A stretch of DNA of 64,000 nucleotides from an uncultured Cytophagia bacterium (lineage in GTDB: Bacteria; Zhuqueibacterota; Zhuqueibacteria; Residuimicrobiales; Residuimicrobiaceae): positions 22,796-86,795 of the forward strand of contig CAZISM010000001.1 in NCBI GenBank assembly GCA_964541895.1. The letters are read 5' to 3'. This document shows positions 29,856 to 39,578 of the stretch, piece after piece. A program made the translations under genes and the position numbers. Below the pieces are notes generated by a model. The model had not been told where the DNA came from. It made no database searches and worked only from the letters and a program-made list of their open reading frames with translations. Each line of letters begins with the position of its first letter. The stretch's first letter is position 1.

Positions 29856-31466
29856 ATGGTGTTGCGGCGAATGTTTCATGCGGTCGCAGGTGTTGCTTTT
29901 GTTTTGATGATGACGCTTTATGTTTCATGCGGCTTGAAGCAGACATCAGACCCATTGTCGGCAACGAATTTCATGATCAGCGAATCGAGTTCGTTGCACG
30001 ATTTTTCCGGAACGGAGCGTATCAACTATTACTACGGAGAAACCATCTATCTGTCGCTGGATAAGCTGTATCCGGAATGGCAGACGCTGATCCGGGTCAG
30101 CAAAAACGGCGTGCAGAATTACAACGGCGACCGTTACATCAGTTCGCTGGTAGCGGTCAGCGACCGGTTCGGTCGCATCAGCAATCTGGAAATCTGGTAC
30201 AACGTGGGTATCGACGTCAACGGCCAAACCAGAGATGTGGCCGGGCAATACACGGTACAGATCCTGCAGACCAGCCAAAACAATCCCTGGAAAAATTTTA
30301 AAATCCCGTTTACGGTCTCCAATTCGGTCCCACCGCAAGCGCACGTGGATGTAAAGAGAAGCGATGGCACCTATTTGGGCAACGGCGTCCTCACCGGCCA
30401 GGATATTTACGCGCAGGGGGGTGGATTTGTGCCGGCAGCGAACGTTCGCCTGACCATCGTCAGGGACAAAGATCTCTATAGCAGCGGCGATCCGCTGGTG
30501 GATGAAAGCGGCGGCGCTGAAGAGATCACCGTCACTGCCGCGGGCGAGGTTGCGCTGACGAAAATCTGGTCGGCCGCCGGTTTAATCGGCGTCTACGATC
30601 TGGTGGCGGATACGCCGCCGTTCGGCCAGTTCAATATCGGTGACGTGGTTCAGCAGTCCCTGTCCGCCGGATTGATCATCCAGTCGGCGCCTAGCCTGAC
30701 GGATATCGTTATGGATATCGCCTGTGATGGCAATGGCATCCATCAGAACATTTTTTCCAATCTGGACGCGCTCTATGCCAAAGCCAATCCGTTGGTTCGC
30801 CCGTCAGGATTGACCACCATGGGGCATGTCAGCCACAGCGGCATTTTTGTCAGTCCTCACAAGCCGGTCTGGAACAGCGGTGATCGTTTGGTGCATATCG
30901 AGACCGTAGGCAGTATGAACTCGGCGATTGAAGCGCTGGTGGATACCAGTTCAGGCGCTCTGGCTTTGACGCTGGTACGGGGGGCGGCCAAGGCCGGCTA
31001 TCGCGAGCCTCTGCGGCTTTGGGCGGGCGATTACGATGTTATTGTCGACATCAACAATAACACCCTGTACGATCCGGGAGTGGATTTGCTGGACGGTGGT
31101 TCGCAGGTTGGATTTACGATCCCCGGTACACCGCCGGCCGTAAAGATGATTTTCTACGCTCTGCCCGACCTGGATCTCTCGAACCATACGCCCATGCGCG
31201 TTGTTCTATTGCGCGGAAATGGCAATCCGATTGTGGGCGCGACCGTAACTTTTAATGTCGGCAAAGGGCCGGGATCCGTATCGCCCACCAGTGTGATCAC
31301 CGACAGCGAAGGCATGGCCACTACCTATTTCACCGGTGCCGAGCAGGGGCAGTGGTCCATCGTTCGCGCCCTGGTTTCCGTCGATGGGATCCAGTATGTA
31401 GCGAGAATTTCGGTCTGGGGCGACCTCACCTATACTCATAATCAGGGCATCATTTTAGGCAACTAG
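29856..31466 (+). CDS. Lipoprotein of unknown function with C-terminal Ig-like (Big-like) domain; ORF track TTG start at 29823
   Basis: GGGAGG RBS before ATG 29856. Lipobox LYVSCG. C-terminus VVLLRGNGNPIVGATVTFNVGKG..TDSEGMATTYFTG is Big_1-like. Confidence 0.65.
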   Translation: MVLRRMFHAVAGVAFVLMMTLYVSCGLKQTSDPLSATNFMISESSSLHDFSGTERINYYYGETIYLSLDKLYPEWQTLIRVSKNGVQNYNGDRYISSLVAVSDRFGRISNLEIWYNVGIDVNGQTRDVAGQYTVQILQTSQNNPWKNFKIPFTVSNSVPPQAHVDVKRSDGTYLGNGVLTGQDIYAQGGGFVPAANVRLTIVRDKDLYSSGDPLVDESGGAEEITVTAAGEVALTKIWSAAGLIGVYDLVADTPPFGQFNIGDVVQQSLSAGLIIQSAPSLTDIVMDIACDGNGIHQNIFSNLDALYAKANPLVRPSGLTTMGHVSHSGIFVSPHKPVWNSGDRLVHIETVGSMNSAIEALVDTSSGALALTLVRGAAKAGYREPLRLWAGDYDVIVDINNNTLYDPGVDLLDGGSQVGFTIPGTPPAVKMIFYALPDLDLSNHTPMRVVLLRGNGNPIVGATVTFNVGKGPGSVSPTSVITDSEGMATTYFTGAEQGQWSIVRALVSVDGIQYVARISVWGDLTYTHNQGIILGN

Positions 31467-31667
31467 CCGCAAGTATCATGTTAAAGGGCGCTGGTGTCAT
31501 TCCAGCGCCCTTTTTTTATGCCTATCCGGCCCGGCACCAGCAGGCCGCCCTTGGCGGACTAACAGATATCTTGCAGGCAAGACGCACCGGACAGGCGTCG
31601 CTGGTCAGGGCGCCGCCGGTCCGGTGGTGTGATTGTTGGTGGATGAAGCCCTGGGGATCGCGGCAGA

Positions 31668-32921
31668 TTATTCGTAACGAAGCGCGATGATGGGATCCAG
31701 GCTGGCTGCTTTGCGAGCCGGATATATTCCGAAAAACAATCCGACCGCGGAAGCAAAGCCAAAGCTGTAGCCGATGGAGGAGAGAGAGATCATGGTATTC
31801 CACTGCGCCCAGGCGGACAGCGCATAGGACACGGCGATGCCGGTCAAGATGCCGATGACGCCGCCCGAGATGCTGATGGCAACGGATTCCACGAGAAACT
31901 GCAGCAGAATATCGCTACGCCTGGCGCCGATGGCTTTGCGAATGCCGATTTCACGGGTACGTTCGGTCACGGACACCAGCATGATGTTCATGATGCCGAT
32001 GCCGCCGACGATGAGTGACACGCCTGCGATGGAGGCCAGCAGAAAACCGAAAGCCCGATTCGTCTCCTGAAAAGTGTCGATAATATCCGACTGGTTGCGG
32101 ATGTTGAAATCGTTATCCTGCTCGCGGCTCAGGCGATGCTGTCGTCGCAGGATTTTCTCAGCCTGTATAAAGGCTTCTCCGGTCATGGTTTCGTTCAGAA
32201 CCTTGATCGTAATTCCGGTAAGGTAATCCGCACCGAAGAGGCGGTTCTGTGCCGTGGTGATGGGAATCAGAATTTGGTCGTCATTGTTCATCCACCCGGT
32301 CTGACCTTTCTTTTCCAGAATGCCGAGGACGACATAGTTGTCCTTGTTGATGCGGATGATTTCTCCGATGGGCGATTTGTCGCCGAACAGATTGCTCTGT
32401 ACTTCCACGCCGATGATGGCGACGCGCTGGTAGGTGTTCACTTCGTCCTGAGTGAAATAGCGGCCTTCTGTCACTTTGGTGTTGCGCACCGTCTCATACT
32501 CCGGCACCGTGCCGACGATGGATGAGTTCCAGTTGTTGCCGCCCCATTGCACCTGGGCGTTGCGGCTGAACTCGGGGATGACAAACGCGGCCAGAGTGCA
32601 TTTCTCCTGCAAGGCTTTCAGATCTTCATCCTTGAGTCGAACGCTGCTGCCGAATCCGAAATGGACATGTCCGGACCGCGAAGAGCCGGGTCGCACGAAA
32701 AGCAGGTTCGACCCCAAAGACTGTATACGATCCGCTACGGCGCGCTGGGCGCCGGCCCCGAGAGCCACCATGGTGATGACGGCGGCCACGCCGATAATAA
32801 TACCCAGCATGGTCAGGGCGGCGCGCATCTTGTTGGCCGTCAGAGAGGAGAGCGCGATGTTGACGCTCTCCATGATCTCAGAGTAGAGATATTTTTTGTT
32901 TTTATTCATGTGTTTGCTCAT
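31668..32921 (-). CDS. ABC transporter permease, MacB/FtsX family (MacB periplasmic domain + FtsX), without ATPase domain
   Basis: N-terminal TM helix LTMLGIIIGVAAVITMVAL. Large periplasmic domain. C-terminal four-TM FtsX region. Start taken 11 nt after the HlyD stop. Confidence 0.8.
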   Translation of the reverse strand: MSKHMNKNKKYLYSEIMESVNIALSSLTANKMRAALTMLGIIIGVAAVITMVALGAGAQRAVADRIQSLGSNLLFVRPGSSRSGHVHFGFGSSVRLKDEDLKALQEKCTLAAFVIPEFSRNAQVQWGGNNWNSSIVGTVPEYETVRNTKVTEGRYFTQDEVNTYQRVAIIGVEVQSNLFGDKSPIGEIIRINKDNYVVLGILEKKGQTGWMNNDDQILIPITTAQNRLFGADYLTGITIKVLNETMTGEAFIQAEKILRRQHRLSREQDNDFNIRNQSDIIDTFQETNRAFGFLLASIAGVSLIVGGIGIMNIMLVSVTERTREIGIRKAIGARRSDILLQFLVESVAISISGGVIGILTGIAVSYALSAWAQWNTMISLSSIGYSFGFASAVGLFFGIYPARKAASLDPIIALRYE

Positions 32922-32931
32922 CCTGCCCGGT

Positions 32932-34293
32932 TTATCGAGGTCCGCCGCCAGAGCCACCGCTTTGACTGCGAAAGCCGGCGTTCATACCGCTCATTTGCGT
33001 CATGCGCTGGCGAAATTGATCGCTGGCCTGCTTGGCTCTGGAGAAAAAGGTATACATGACCTCGTCTCCCTCCTGCAGACCGCTGATTACTTCTGTGTGA
33101 TCGAAATTGGCAACTCCGGTTTCCACCATACGGGGGCGAAAGTCCTCGCCTTGCTTCAGGATAACACCTCGGCGGAGATTTTCATTGTCAACCCCGCCGC
33201 CTTCGTTCGGCCGGCCCTCGCCACGGCGTTCACCACCCTGGGCCGGACCGCCTTCCGGCTGGCGTCGTCGTCCGCCTTCCGGACGGCCGCCGGGGCGGCC
33301 TTCATTACGCGCTCCTGGCGTGGTTGTGCCCATGGCCATCCGAAGCTTGCTCATTTCCTGCATCAAATCGGATCGCGTCATCAGCGCTTCATTGGGGAGG
33401 AGGAGAACATTCTTTTTATCCGCCACCAGGATTTCCACTGAAGCGTTCATGCCGGCCTTGAGCAGACTGCCGGGATTGTTAACCATAATGGTCACCTCAA
33501 AGGTGGTAACGTTGGACGTGACCTTGGACTGTGCGGCAATTCGCAGCACTTTGCCCCTGAACAGCTGATTGGGATAGGCATCGGCCGTCACTTTGGCCTC
33601 CATACCGGCCTGAATTTCACCGATATCCACTTCATCCACATCGGCTTTCACATACACCTCTTTCATATCAGCCACCGTGGCGATGAGCGTGCCGCCCGAT
33701 ACGTTGGAAATGCCTGAGGAGATAATCTGACCCACCTCAACATTTTTGGTCAGAACGACGCCGGTAATGGGAGAACGGACAATGGTCTCCTTCAAACGGA
33801 TATCGCTGTTATCCAGATTGATGCGAGCCCGGACCAGCTGGGCGTTGGCCTGCACCACCGCCAGGCGGGCCTGATCGAATTCGGCTGCGGAAATCAAACC
33901 TTTATCGTAGAGCTCGTTGCTGCGCTGGAAATCGCTTTTCGCCTGTTTCAGGTTGGCCTCGGCGACCTCCAGATCGGCGACAGCCTGATCGTAGGCGTTT
34001 TTGGTATCCTTTTGATCGAGGCGAGCGATCAGATCGCTTTTGGCGACGAGATCCGATTCCTCTATGTTTAATTCTTCGATTTGGCCGCTGGCTTTGGATT
34101 TGATCTCGACCTTGTTGATCGGCTGGATAATGCCGGTGGCGGAGACGATCACGGACAGATCTCCGCGCGTTACTTTTTCCGTTTGCGGCACAAAGGCCAT
34201 CGGGGCGGCACCAGGCTGCGAAGTACCTTTAAAGAACCAGAAAGCTGCGACGGCCAGGATGCTCAGGCCGCCTAGCCAATACCACTTTTTCAT
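32932..34293 (-). CDS. HlyD-family periplasmic adaptor (membrane fusion protein) with Gly/Arg/Pro-rich C-terminal tail
   Basis: N-terminal TM. Coiled-coil hairpin. Beta-barrel/lipoyl-like regions typical of MFP. About 120-aa low-complexity tail. Confidence 0.8.
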   Translation of the reverse strand: MKKWYWLGGLSILAVAAFWFFKGTSQPGAAPMAFVPQTEKVTRGDLSVIVSATGIIQPINKVEIKSKASGQIEELNIEESDLVAKSDLIARLDQKDTKNAYDQAVADLEVAEANLKQAKSDFQRSNELYDKGLISAAEFDQARLAVVQANAQLVRARINLDNSDIRLKETIVRSPITGVVLTKNVEVGQIISSGISNVSGGTLIATVADMKEVYVKADVDEVDIGEIQAGMEAKVTADAYPNQLFRGKVLRIAAQSKVTSNVTTFEVTIMVNNPGSLLKAGMNASVEILVADKKNVLLLPNEALMTRSDLMQEMSKLRMAMGTTTPGARNEGRPGGRPEGGRRRQPEGGPAQGGERRGEGRPNEGGGVDNENLRRGVILKQGEDFRPRMVETGVANFDHTEVISGLQEGDEVMYTFFSRAKQASDQFRQRMTQMSGMNAGFRSQSGGSGGGPR

Positions 34294-34328
34294 GAACGGC
34301 TACTCCTCTTTAACTGTTTTATATGGAA

Positions 34329-34721
34329 CTACTCCTGTCTGGGCGGAGGTCCAGGGGGTTGGTTCGGTGGTGTTTGTCTGCTGGAAAATTCGTCAAATTT
34401 TTTTTGCTGTTCCTCGGACAGTATTTTTTTGAAATGGACGCGAAAGTCTTCACGGACCTGACGGTATTGCGGTCCGACCGTTTCTCTGATTTTGTCGTGT
34501 TTGGCCTTGAGATCAGCCAGGAGCGTTTTCAATTGTGTTTGCTGATCAATGGTCAGGTTCAACTCTTTGCTTAAACGCTCGACAAAATCCGGGCGGTGGC
34601 GGCGATCAAAGCCCGGCGGCATGTGCCTGGAGAAGAGAAAGCGGTCTCCCAGCCAGCCCGCCACAAAACCCAGAACAAATACCGCTGTCAGGCTGATAGC
34701 AGCCGCGCGTTTGGAATTCAT
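34329..34721 (-). CDS. Spy/CpxP-like periplasmic protein (LTXXQ motifs)
   Basis: Signal/TM at N-terminus. Motifs LNLTIDQQTQL and ILSEEQQKKF. Pro-rich tail. Overlaps the anti-sigma gene by 4 nt. Confidence 0.6.
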   Translation of the reverse strand: MNSKRAAAISLTAVFVLGFVAGWLGDRFLFSRHMPPGFDRRHRPDFVERLSKELNLTIDQQTQLKTLLADLKAKHDKIRETVGPQYRQVREDFRVHFKKILSEEQQKKFDEFSSRQTPPNQPPGPPPRQE

Positions 34722-35197
34722 TTAAATTCTCCTGCAGATAAGGACGACTGAACGTTTAATGCAAAACGCAAGGCCTGATCATCGCTGGCGAGCGGTTCGA
34801 CCGGCTCCTGGAACGTAGAGAGCGGATCGTAGGTGATCAGCTCGCTGCCGGCATCCGTTTTGATTTTCGTGCCCGGCCAGATGATCAACAGCGCCCATAT
34901 CACCAGCATCACCGCTGCGGCACGCCAGACAAAGGGCCGCACCACTTGCACCAGCCCGGCCCAGATGGTATCCTGATCGGCGCCGCGCAAGCGAGCCATA
35001 ATACGGGTGGAAAAAAAGGGCGATACATGAATCCGGGTGTGCGTCTGCAGCTGCTGTCGGACAAAACGCATCTGTTGCAGCGCCTGCCGACACTGTTGAC
35101 ATTCGGCCAGATGCTGTTTGATGTCGGCTGCCTGCACTTCGGAGAGCCGGCCGTCAAAATACTCGGATATCAGCAAGGTGGGATGCGCTTGTTTCAT
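34718..35197 (-). CDS. Anti-sigma factor (zf-HC2 zinc finger + single TM)
   Basis: HLAECQQC motif (HxxxCxxC). TM helix AAVMLVIWALLIIW. 4-nt overlap (ATGA) with the sigma gene. Confidence 0.7.
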   Translation of the reverse strand: MKQAHPTLLISEYFDGRLSEVQAADIKQHLAECQQCRQALQQMRFVRQQLQTHTRIHVSPFFSTRIMARLRGADQDTIWAGLVQVVRPFVWRAAAVMLVIWALLIIWPGTKIKTDAGSELITYDPLSTFQEPVEPLASDDQALRFALNVQSSLSAGEFK

Positions 35198-35769
35198 ATC
35201 GCTTCCTCCATGTACTCCTTTAACATATGAGCGAGCTCTTTACGGGCTCTGAACAAACGCGATTTGATCGTACCCATGCGCCATCCTAACAGTTGAGCGA
35301 TCTCTTCATAGGTGAACTCTTGCAAGTCGCGCAGCACCAGCACCTGACGAAGCGGATCCGGTAAACGGGCGAGCGCGTTATGAACGAGCGCGGCCCGCTC
35401 CTTCTGTTCCAGGTTTGCCAGGGCATCCGGTTGTGGATCAATATATTCTATTTCCTCTTCATCGACCGGATTATGAAATGAACCCATAATCTTGCGCACC
35501 TTGCGCTTGCGCAGTTGATCGCGACACAAATTCATGGCGATGCGGAAAAGCCAGGATCGAAATGGTGCCCGGAATTCATACTTTTTTATAGCCAGGAAAG
35601 CACGCAAAAAGGTGTCTTGCGCCAAATCTTCAACCAGATGTTTGTCTCCGAGCAGCGCAAAAATAAAGCCCTGAACGGCCTCCGCGTGGAGGTCTATCAG
35701 TCTGCTTATGGCGGTTGCATCGCCCGCCTGGCTTGCTAAGACAAGATCATGATCGTCAATTGGATCCAC
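35194..35769 (-). CDS. ECF (RpoE-like) sigma-70 family factor; GTG start
   Basis: Region 2 (DLAQDTFLRAFLAIKKYE) and region 4 (YEEIAQLLGWRMGTIKSRLFRARKEL). Confidence 0.85.
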   Translation of the reverse strand: MDPIDDHDLVLASQAGDATAISRLIDLHAEAVQGFIFALLGDKHLVEDLAQDTFLRAFLAIKKYEFRAPFRSWLFRIAMNLCRDQLRKRKVRKIMGSFHNPVDEEEIEYIDPQPDALANLEQKERAALVHNALARLPDPLRQVLVLRDLQEFTYEEIAQLLGWRMGTIKSRLFRARKELAHMLKEYMEEAI

Positions 35770-35903
35770 AAGACCGGCTCATTCTTTTCATAATAGACGT
35801 GCGGGCAAGGTTAAAGTTCTCATAAACGAGAAAATCGGCTCTTTCATTTTGCGGGCAAACGCGTTTCGCTGTTAGGCGGTAAGCCATTAAATTCATAAAA
35901 GAC

Positions 35904-35932
35904 TTGACAAATAGGGCAATCTTGGCTAATTT
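35904..35932 (+). promoter_or_regulatory. Sigma-70-like promoter candidate: -35 TTGACA, 17 bp spacer, -10 TAATTT
   Basis: In the 362-bp divergent intergenic region upstream of the LPP20/CsgG-like gene cluster. Confidence 0.3.
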
Positions 35933-36131
35933 AATGATAATTAATCTCCGCACGGAGTGATTTTATGCTGTAATAGTATGAAAAAATTGGAATAATTGCA
36001 AAAACTTTCTGTTCTAAACTGTGTAGGCCTGCTTTTTGTGAGCCGAATCACCCCAAACGGTTCCTGGGGGTCGTAAAATAACCCTGTCGTTCAGAAAATA
36101 CCTTTACACACATTAACGGGAGGACACTCGC

Positions 36132-37037
36132 ATGAAGCTCCATCGGTTGTGGATGCTCGCCATTGTTATCATGGCCGTAGTGATCGGTAACAGCTTTGCA
36201 CAAAATGTGAATCAACAAGTAGGTAGCAACGGCACTGTGGACTGGTCCAATCAGATTATCCGTTCGACAGGTATCGGATCGCCCAATCCCAATATGCCTG
36301 AAACCGCGCAGCGTGCCGGCGCCATCGATGCCGCAAAAAAGGCGGCCTTGCGGAATTTGCTCGAAACCGTCAAAGGCATGACGCTGGATGCGGAAACAAC
36401 AGTTAGAAATTTCATGGTCGAGAACGACGTCATCAATACGCGCGTCGCCGGCGTGGTTCGCAATTTCACGGTTGTGGATACCAAGTACATGTCCACCGGT
36501 GATATCGAAGTAACGGTGGAAATGCCCATTTCCGGGGCGCTGGCCGATGCCTTGCTGCCGCAAGGGATGGGCGGGATGACCCTGGGGCCTGTGAGCGGTA
36601 CTGTCTGTCCGTGCTGCGGACAGCCGTGGCCGGCGGGTCGGCCGGTTCCCAGCGGCATGACCCTGAATCAGCCTCCGGCGGCGACAACGGCCGGAGGAGC
36701 CTTTACCGGTCTGATCATCGACGCCAAAGGCCTGGGGATTCGCCCGGCCATGGCGCCCAAAATTGTGGATGAATCCGGTCAGGAAATTTATGGCAGCAAG
36801 TTTGTCAGCCGCGATTGGGCGGTGCAAATCGGCATGGTCGGTTACGACAAAGATGTCATGCGCGCCCGCAGCAATGATCGCGTGACGGCGAATCCGCTGG
36901 TGGTCAAGGCCATCAAGGCCTCCGGCCCCAACAAGGCCGACGTGGTGGTGTCCGCTGCTTCGGCAACGGCCATTCGAAATGCGGCGTCCACGCAAAACTT
37001 TTTGGACAAATGCAAAGTGATGTTCATCGTGGATTAA
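36132..37037 (+). CDS. Secreted LPP20-domain protein (LPP20/FlgP-like N-domain plus unknown C-domain)
   Basis: GGAGG RBS. Signal peptide. RAGAIDAAKKAALRNLLETVKG..GDIEVTVEMPI matches LPP20-family motifs. Paralogous N-domain in 38274..39488. Confidence 0.65.
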   Translation: MKLHRLWMLAIVIMAVVIGNSFAQNVNQQVGSNGTVDWSNQIIRSTGIGSPNPNMPETAQRAGAIDAAKKAALRNLLETVKGMTLDAETTVRNFMVENDVINTRVAGVVRNFTVVDTKYMSTGDIEVTVEMPISGALADALLPQGMGGMTLGPVSGTVCPCCGQPWPAGRPVPSGMTLNQPPAATTAGGAFTGLIIDAKGLGIRPAMAPKIVDESGQEIYGSKFVSRDWAVQIGMVGYDKDVMRARSNDRVTANPLVVKAIKASGPNKADVVVSAASATAIRNAASTQNFLDKCKVMFIVD

Positions 37038-37055
37038 CTTTGACGGGAGAAAAAT

Positions 37056-38204
37056 ATGAAACGTCTTTTTGTATTGTGTTCGGCTCTGGCCTTGCTTCTG
37101 GCCATCGTTGGCTGCGGACCCAAGGCCATCAAGGAAGCCTCGGTTCTGGATACGCCGGAAAACCACTATAATCAGGGCATGCGCGAGCTGGATCGCGGCA
37201 ACCTGGACAATGCGATGGGCGAATTCCAGCGTGCGCTGGCGCTGAATCCCAATTTTCCGGAAGGATTTGCCGGTCTCGGACTCGTGTGGGCCAATAAGGG
37301 TGATTTTAAAAAGGCCTATGAAAACGTCGACAAGGCGCTGGACAAGAACGACAAATCTCTGGACAGCCGCGTCATTAAGGGCCGCATCATCGTGATGGAA
37401 CGCAAAGGGGATGACTGGATCGACAAAGCAGTGAAAGAATTCGACAAAGCCAGCGAGATCAATCCCAATTCGCCCAAACCCGTTTTTTACAAAGGGGAGG
37501 CGCTGAAAGCCGGTTACCGTTTTCTCGATGCAGCCAACGCCTATAGCCGGGTCATCGCCATGAAGGGCGACTATGCGGCTGAAGCGGACAAATCCTGGTC
37601 GCTGGTGCAAAAGATACAGCGAGCCGCTCCTGGCACCAAAGTCGGCGCCAAAATCGCCCTGATCGACGAAATCGATCGCGCCGATGTGGCGGTCCTGTTT
37701 ATGGAAGAGCTGAAACTTCTGGAGATCATCAACAAAAAACGCCCCAAAACCTATGACACCGGTTTCAAGGCGCCCGATGATCCGACCAAAATGCAGACCT
37801 CGCAAACCGTGCAAATGGCCGATGTGACGGATGTAGCGACGCATTGGGCCAAAAACTGGATCAACGACATCGTGAAAGCACGCGGCATGGAGGTTTTTCC
37901 GGATCATACCTTCCGTCCGGATGAAAAAATTTCCCGCGCCGATTATGCCATGATGCTGCAGAACATTCTGGTCATGGCCACGGCCGATGAAACCCTGGCG
38001 ACCAAATATATCGGTACCGACTCGAGATTCCCGGATGTCAACGCCAGCCATTATGCCTACAACGCCACCTGCCTGATGGCCGATCGGGGTATCATGTCAG
38101 CCGACAAGATGACCGGCGCCTTTGACATCAACGCCCACGTTTCCGGTGCGGATGCATTATTGATTATTCGTGATTTTCAAAACGCCTTGCGAATGACTTT
38201 TTAA
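37056..38204 (+). CDS. TPR-repeat lipoprotein with two C-terminal SLH-like domains
   Basis: Lipobox LLAIVGCG. TPR repeats (LALNPNFPEGFAGLGLVW..). C-terminus has two SLH-like segments (FPDHTFRPDEKISRADYAMML; FPDVNASHYAYNATCLMADRGIM). Confidence 0.65.
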   Translation: MKRLFVLCSALALLLAIVGCGPKAIKEASVLDTPENHYNQGMRELDRGNLDNAMGEFQRALALNPNFPEGFAGLGLVWANKGDFKKAYENVDKALDKNDKSLDSRVIKGRIIVMERKGDDWIDKAVKEFDKASEINPNSPKPVFYKGEALKAGYRFLDAANAYSRVIAMKGDYAAEADKSWSLVQKIQRAAPGTKVGAKIALIDEIDRADVAVLFMEELKLLEIINKKRPKTYDTGFKAPDDPTKMQTSQTVQMADVTDVATHWAKNWINDIVKARGMEVFPDHTFRPDEKISRADYAMMLQNILVMATADETLATKYIGTDSRFPDVNASHYAYNATCLMADRGIMSADKMTGAFDINAHVSGADALLIIRDFQNALRMTF

Positions 38205-38273
38205 ATTCCAGAAAGGCGGCGGAGGCGGACCGTGAAAGAGGCCCGTCGCCGCCGCTTCTGCCGAGAAACGGAG

Positions 38274-39488
38274 ATGACTTTGAGCAGAAAACCGCTGTAT
38301 GTGATCCTGTTGCTGGGCATGCAGTTGGCCTTTGGTCAAACCGGATCGCAGCAGGTGCAGGCCACCGGCATGGGGGCTATCACCTACAACGATGTTGCGG
38401 CGGCGCGCGATCGTGCCTTGCAGGACGCTTTGCGCAAAGCCGTGGAACAAACGCTGGGCACGTTTATCGACTCCCAGACACGCGTTGAAAACTATATGGT
38501 CGTTGAGGACCGGATTCTGAATTGGACCCGCGGCTATGTCAACAATTATCAGATCGTCGCTGAACGGAAAGCGGCCGCGGACATGTATGAAGTCACCGTG
38601 AACGCCACCGTGGATGTCGGCGACCTTTCCAAAGACATGAATGCGCTGCAGAATCTGATTCAGAACATGGGCAATCCACGGCTCATGTTTCTGGTGGATG
38701 AAAAAAACATCGGCGATACGTTTGACCGCTACCACTATTTCGCCGTTGATATGACGGCCACGGAAACGGTTCTGATGAATAAATTCATGGAGAAAAACTT
38801 TGAGGTCGTGGATCCGTCGACCGTTCGCGCCAACAAGGAACGCGATGCGGTCATGGCGGCCATCAACGGTGACAACAGAGCGGCGGCGGCCATTGCCAAC
38901 GCGCTCGATGCGGAGGTGGTCATCACCGGCAAAGCCGTGGTTACCGTCGCCAGCGGTGTAAATCTGGCCGGTATGAAATCGTGTCAGGCCAATATCACCG
39001 CCCGTGTTATCGACGCCGATGTCGGCAGCGTTCTGGCCACCTCGATGAAAAACGCCGCCTATCCCCATATCGACGAGGTGACCGGCGGCAGCAAGGCGAT
39101 TGAAAAAGCGGCCGGTGCGCTGGCCGACGAACTCATCGCCAGAATCACTGAAAAATGGCGCAGCAAATTCTATCAGGCGGCCACCGTCAAGCTGCTGGTC
39201 ACCGGTTTGAGCAGTTATACCGATGCTTCCAACTTTCGCGGTGCGCTGCAGTATCTGGGGCGCGGCATCAAAGCCGTCAACCAGCGCAACATGAACGCCG
39301 GCGTGGGTGAATTCGATGTACAGATCGCCGGCAATGCCGATCAGTTGGCGCGCGAGCTCGATCAACGCAAGGTGACTAATTATTCAATCGTGGTAACAGG
39401 GGCGACCGCCAACAAGGTAACGTTAAAAGTGGTTCATGAAAACACAGGCGCTGCTCCTGCAGCTGCTGATACCCTGCGGCAAAATTGA
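38274..39488 (+). CDS. Secreted LPP20-domain protein with central CsgG/LpoB-like alpha/beta domain; ORF track GTG start at 38232
   Basis: Signal peptide MTLSRKPLYVILLLGMQLAFGQ. N-domain paralogous to 36132..37037. Central RLMFLVDEKN..NALDAEVVITGKAV pattern resembles the CsgG/TolB-N/LpoB fold. Confidence 0.6.
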   Translation: MTLSRKPLYVILLLGMQLAFGQTGSQQVQATGMGAITYNDVAAARDRALQDALRKAVEQTLGTFIDSQTRVENYMVVEDRILNWTRGYVNNYQIVAERKAAADMYEVTVNATVDVGDLSKDMNALQNLIQNMGNPRLMFLVDEKNIGDTFDRYHYFAVDMTATETVLMNKFMEKNFEVVDPSTVRANKERDAVMAAINGDNRAAAAIANALDAEVVITGKAVVTVASGVNLAGMKSCQANITARVIDADVGSVLATSMKNAAYPHIDEVTGGSKAIEKAAGALADELIARITEKWRSKFYQAATVKLLVTGLSSYTDASNFRGALQYLGRGIKAVNQRNMNAGVGEFDVQIAGNADQLARELDQRKVTNYSIVVTGATANKVTLKVVHENTGAAPAAADTLRQN

Positions 39489-39578
39489 CCGGTGTATCAG
39501 CTCTACGCACTCTTTTGCCGCCGTGATTCCAGCAAGGAGTCAGACTCTGACAGAGAAGATTTATAAGTGAGGTGTTCC

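Noticed and set aside
36048-38051. 667-aa minus-strand ORF spanning the LPP20 and TPR lipoprotein genes
   Set aside because: Its translation has no domains or start context. The + strand genes have signal peptides, GGAGG RBSs and recognisable domains.
38157-39365. 402-aa minus-strand ORF opposite the LPP20/CsgG-like-domain gene
   Set aside because: Antisense artefact. Gly/His/Arg-rich with no motifs.
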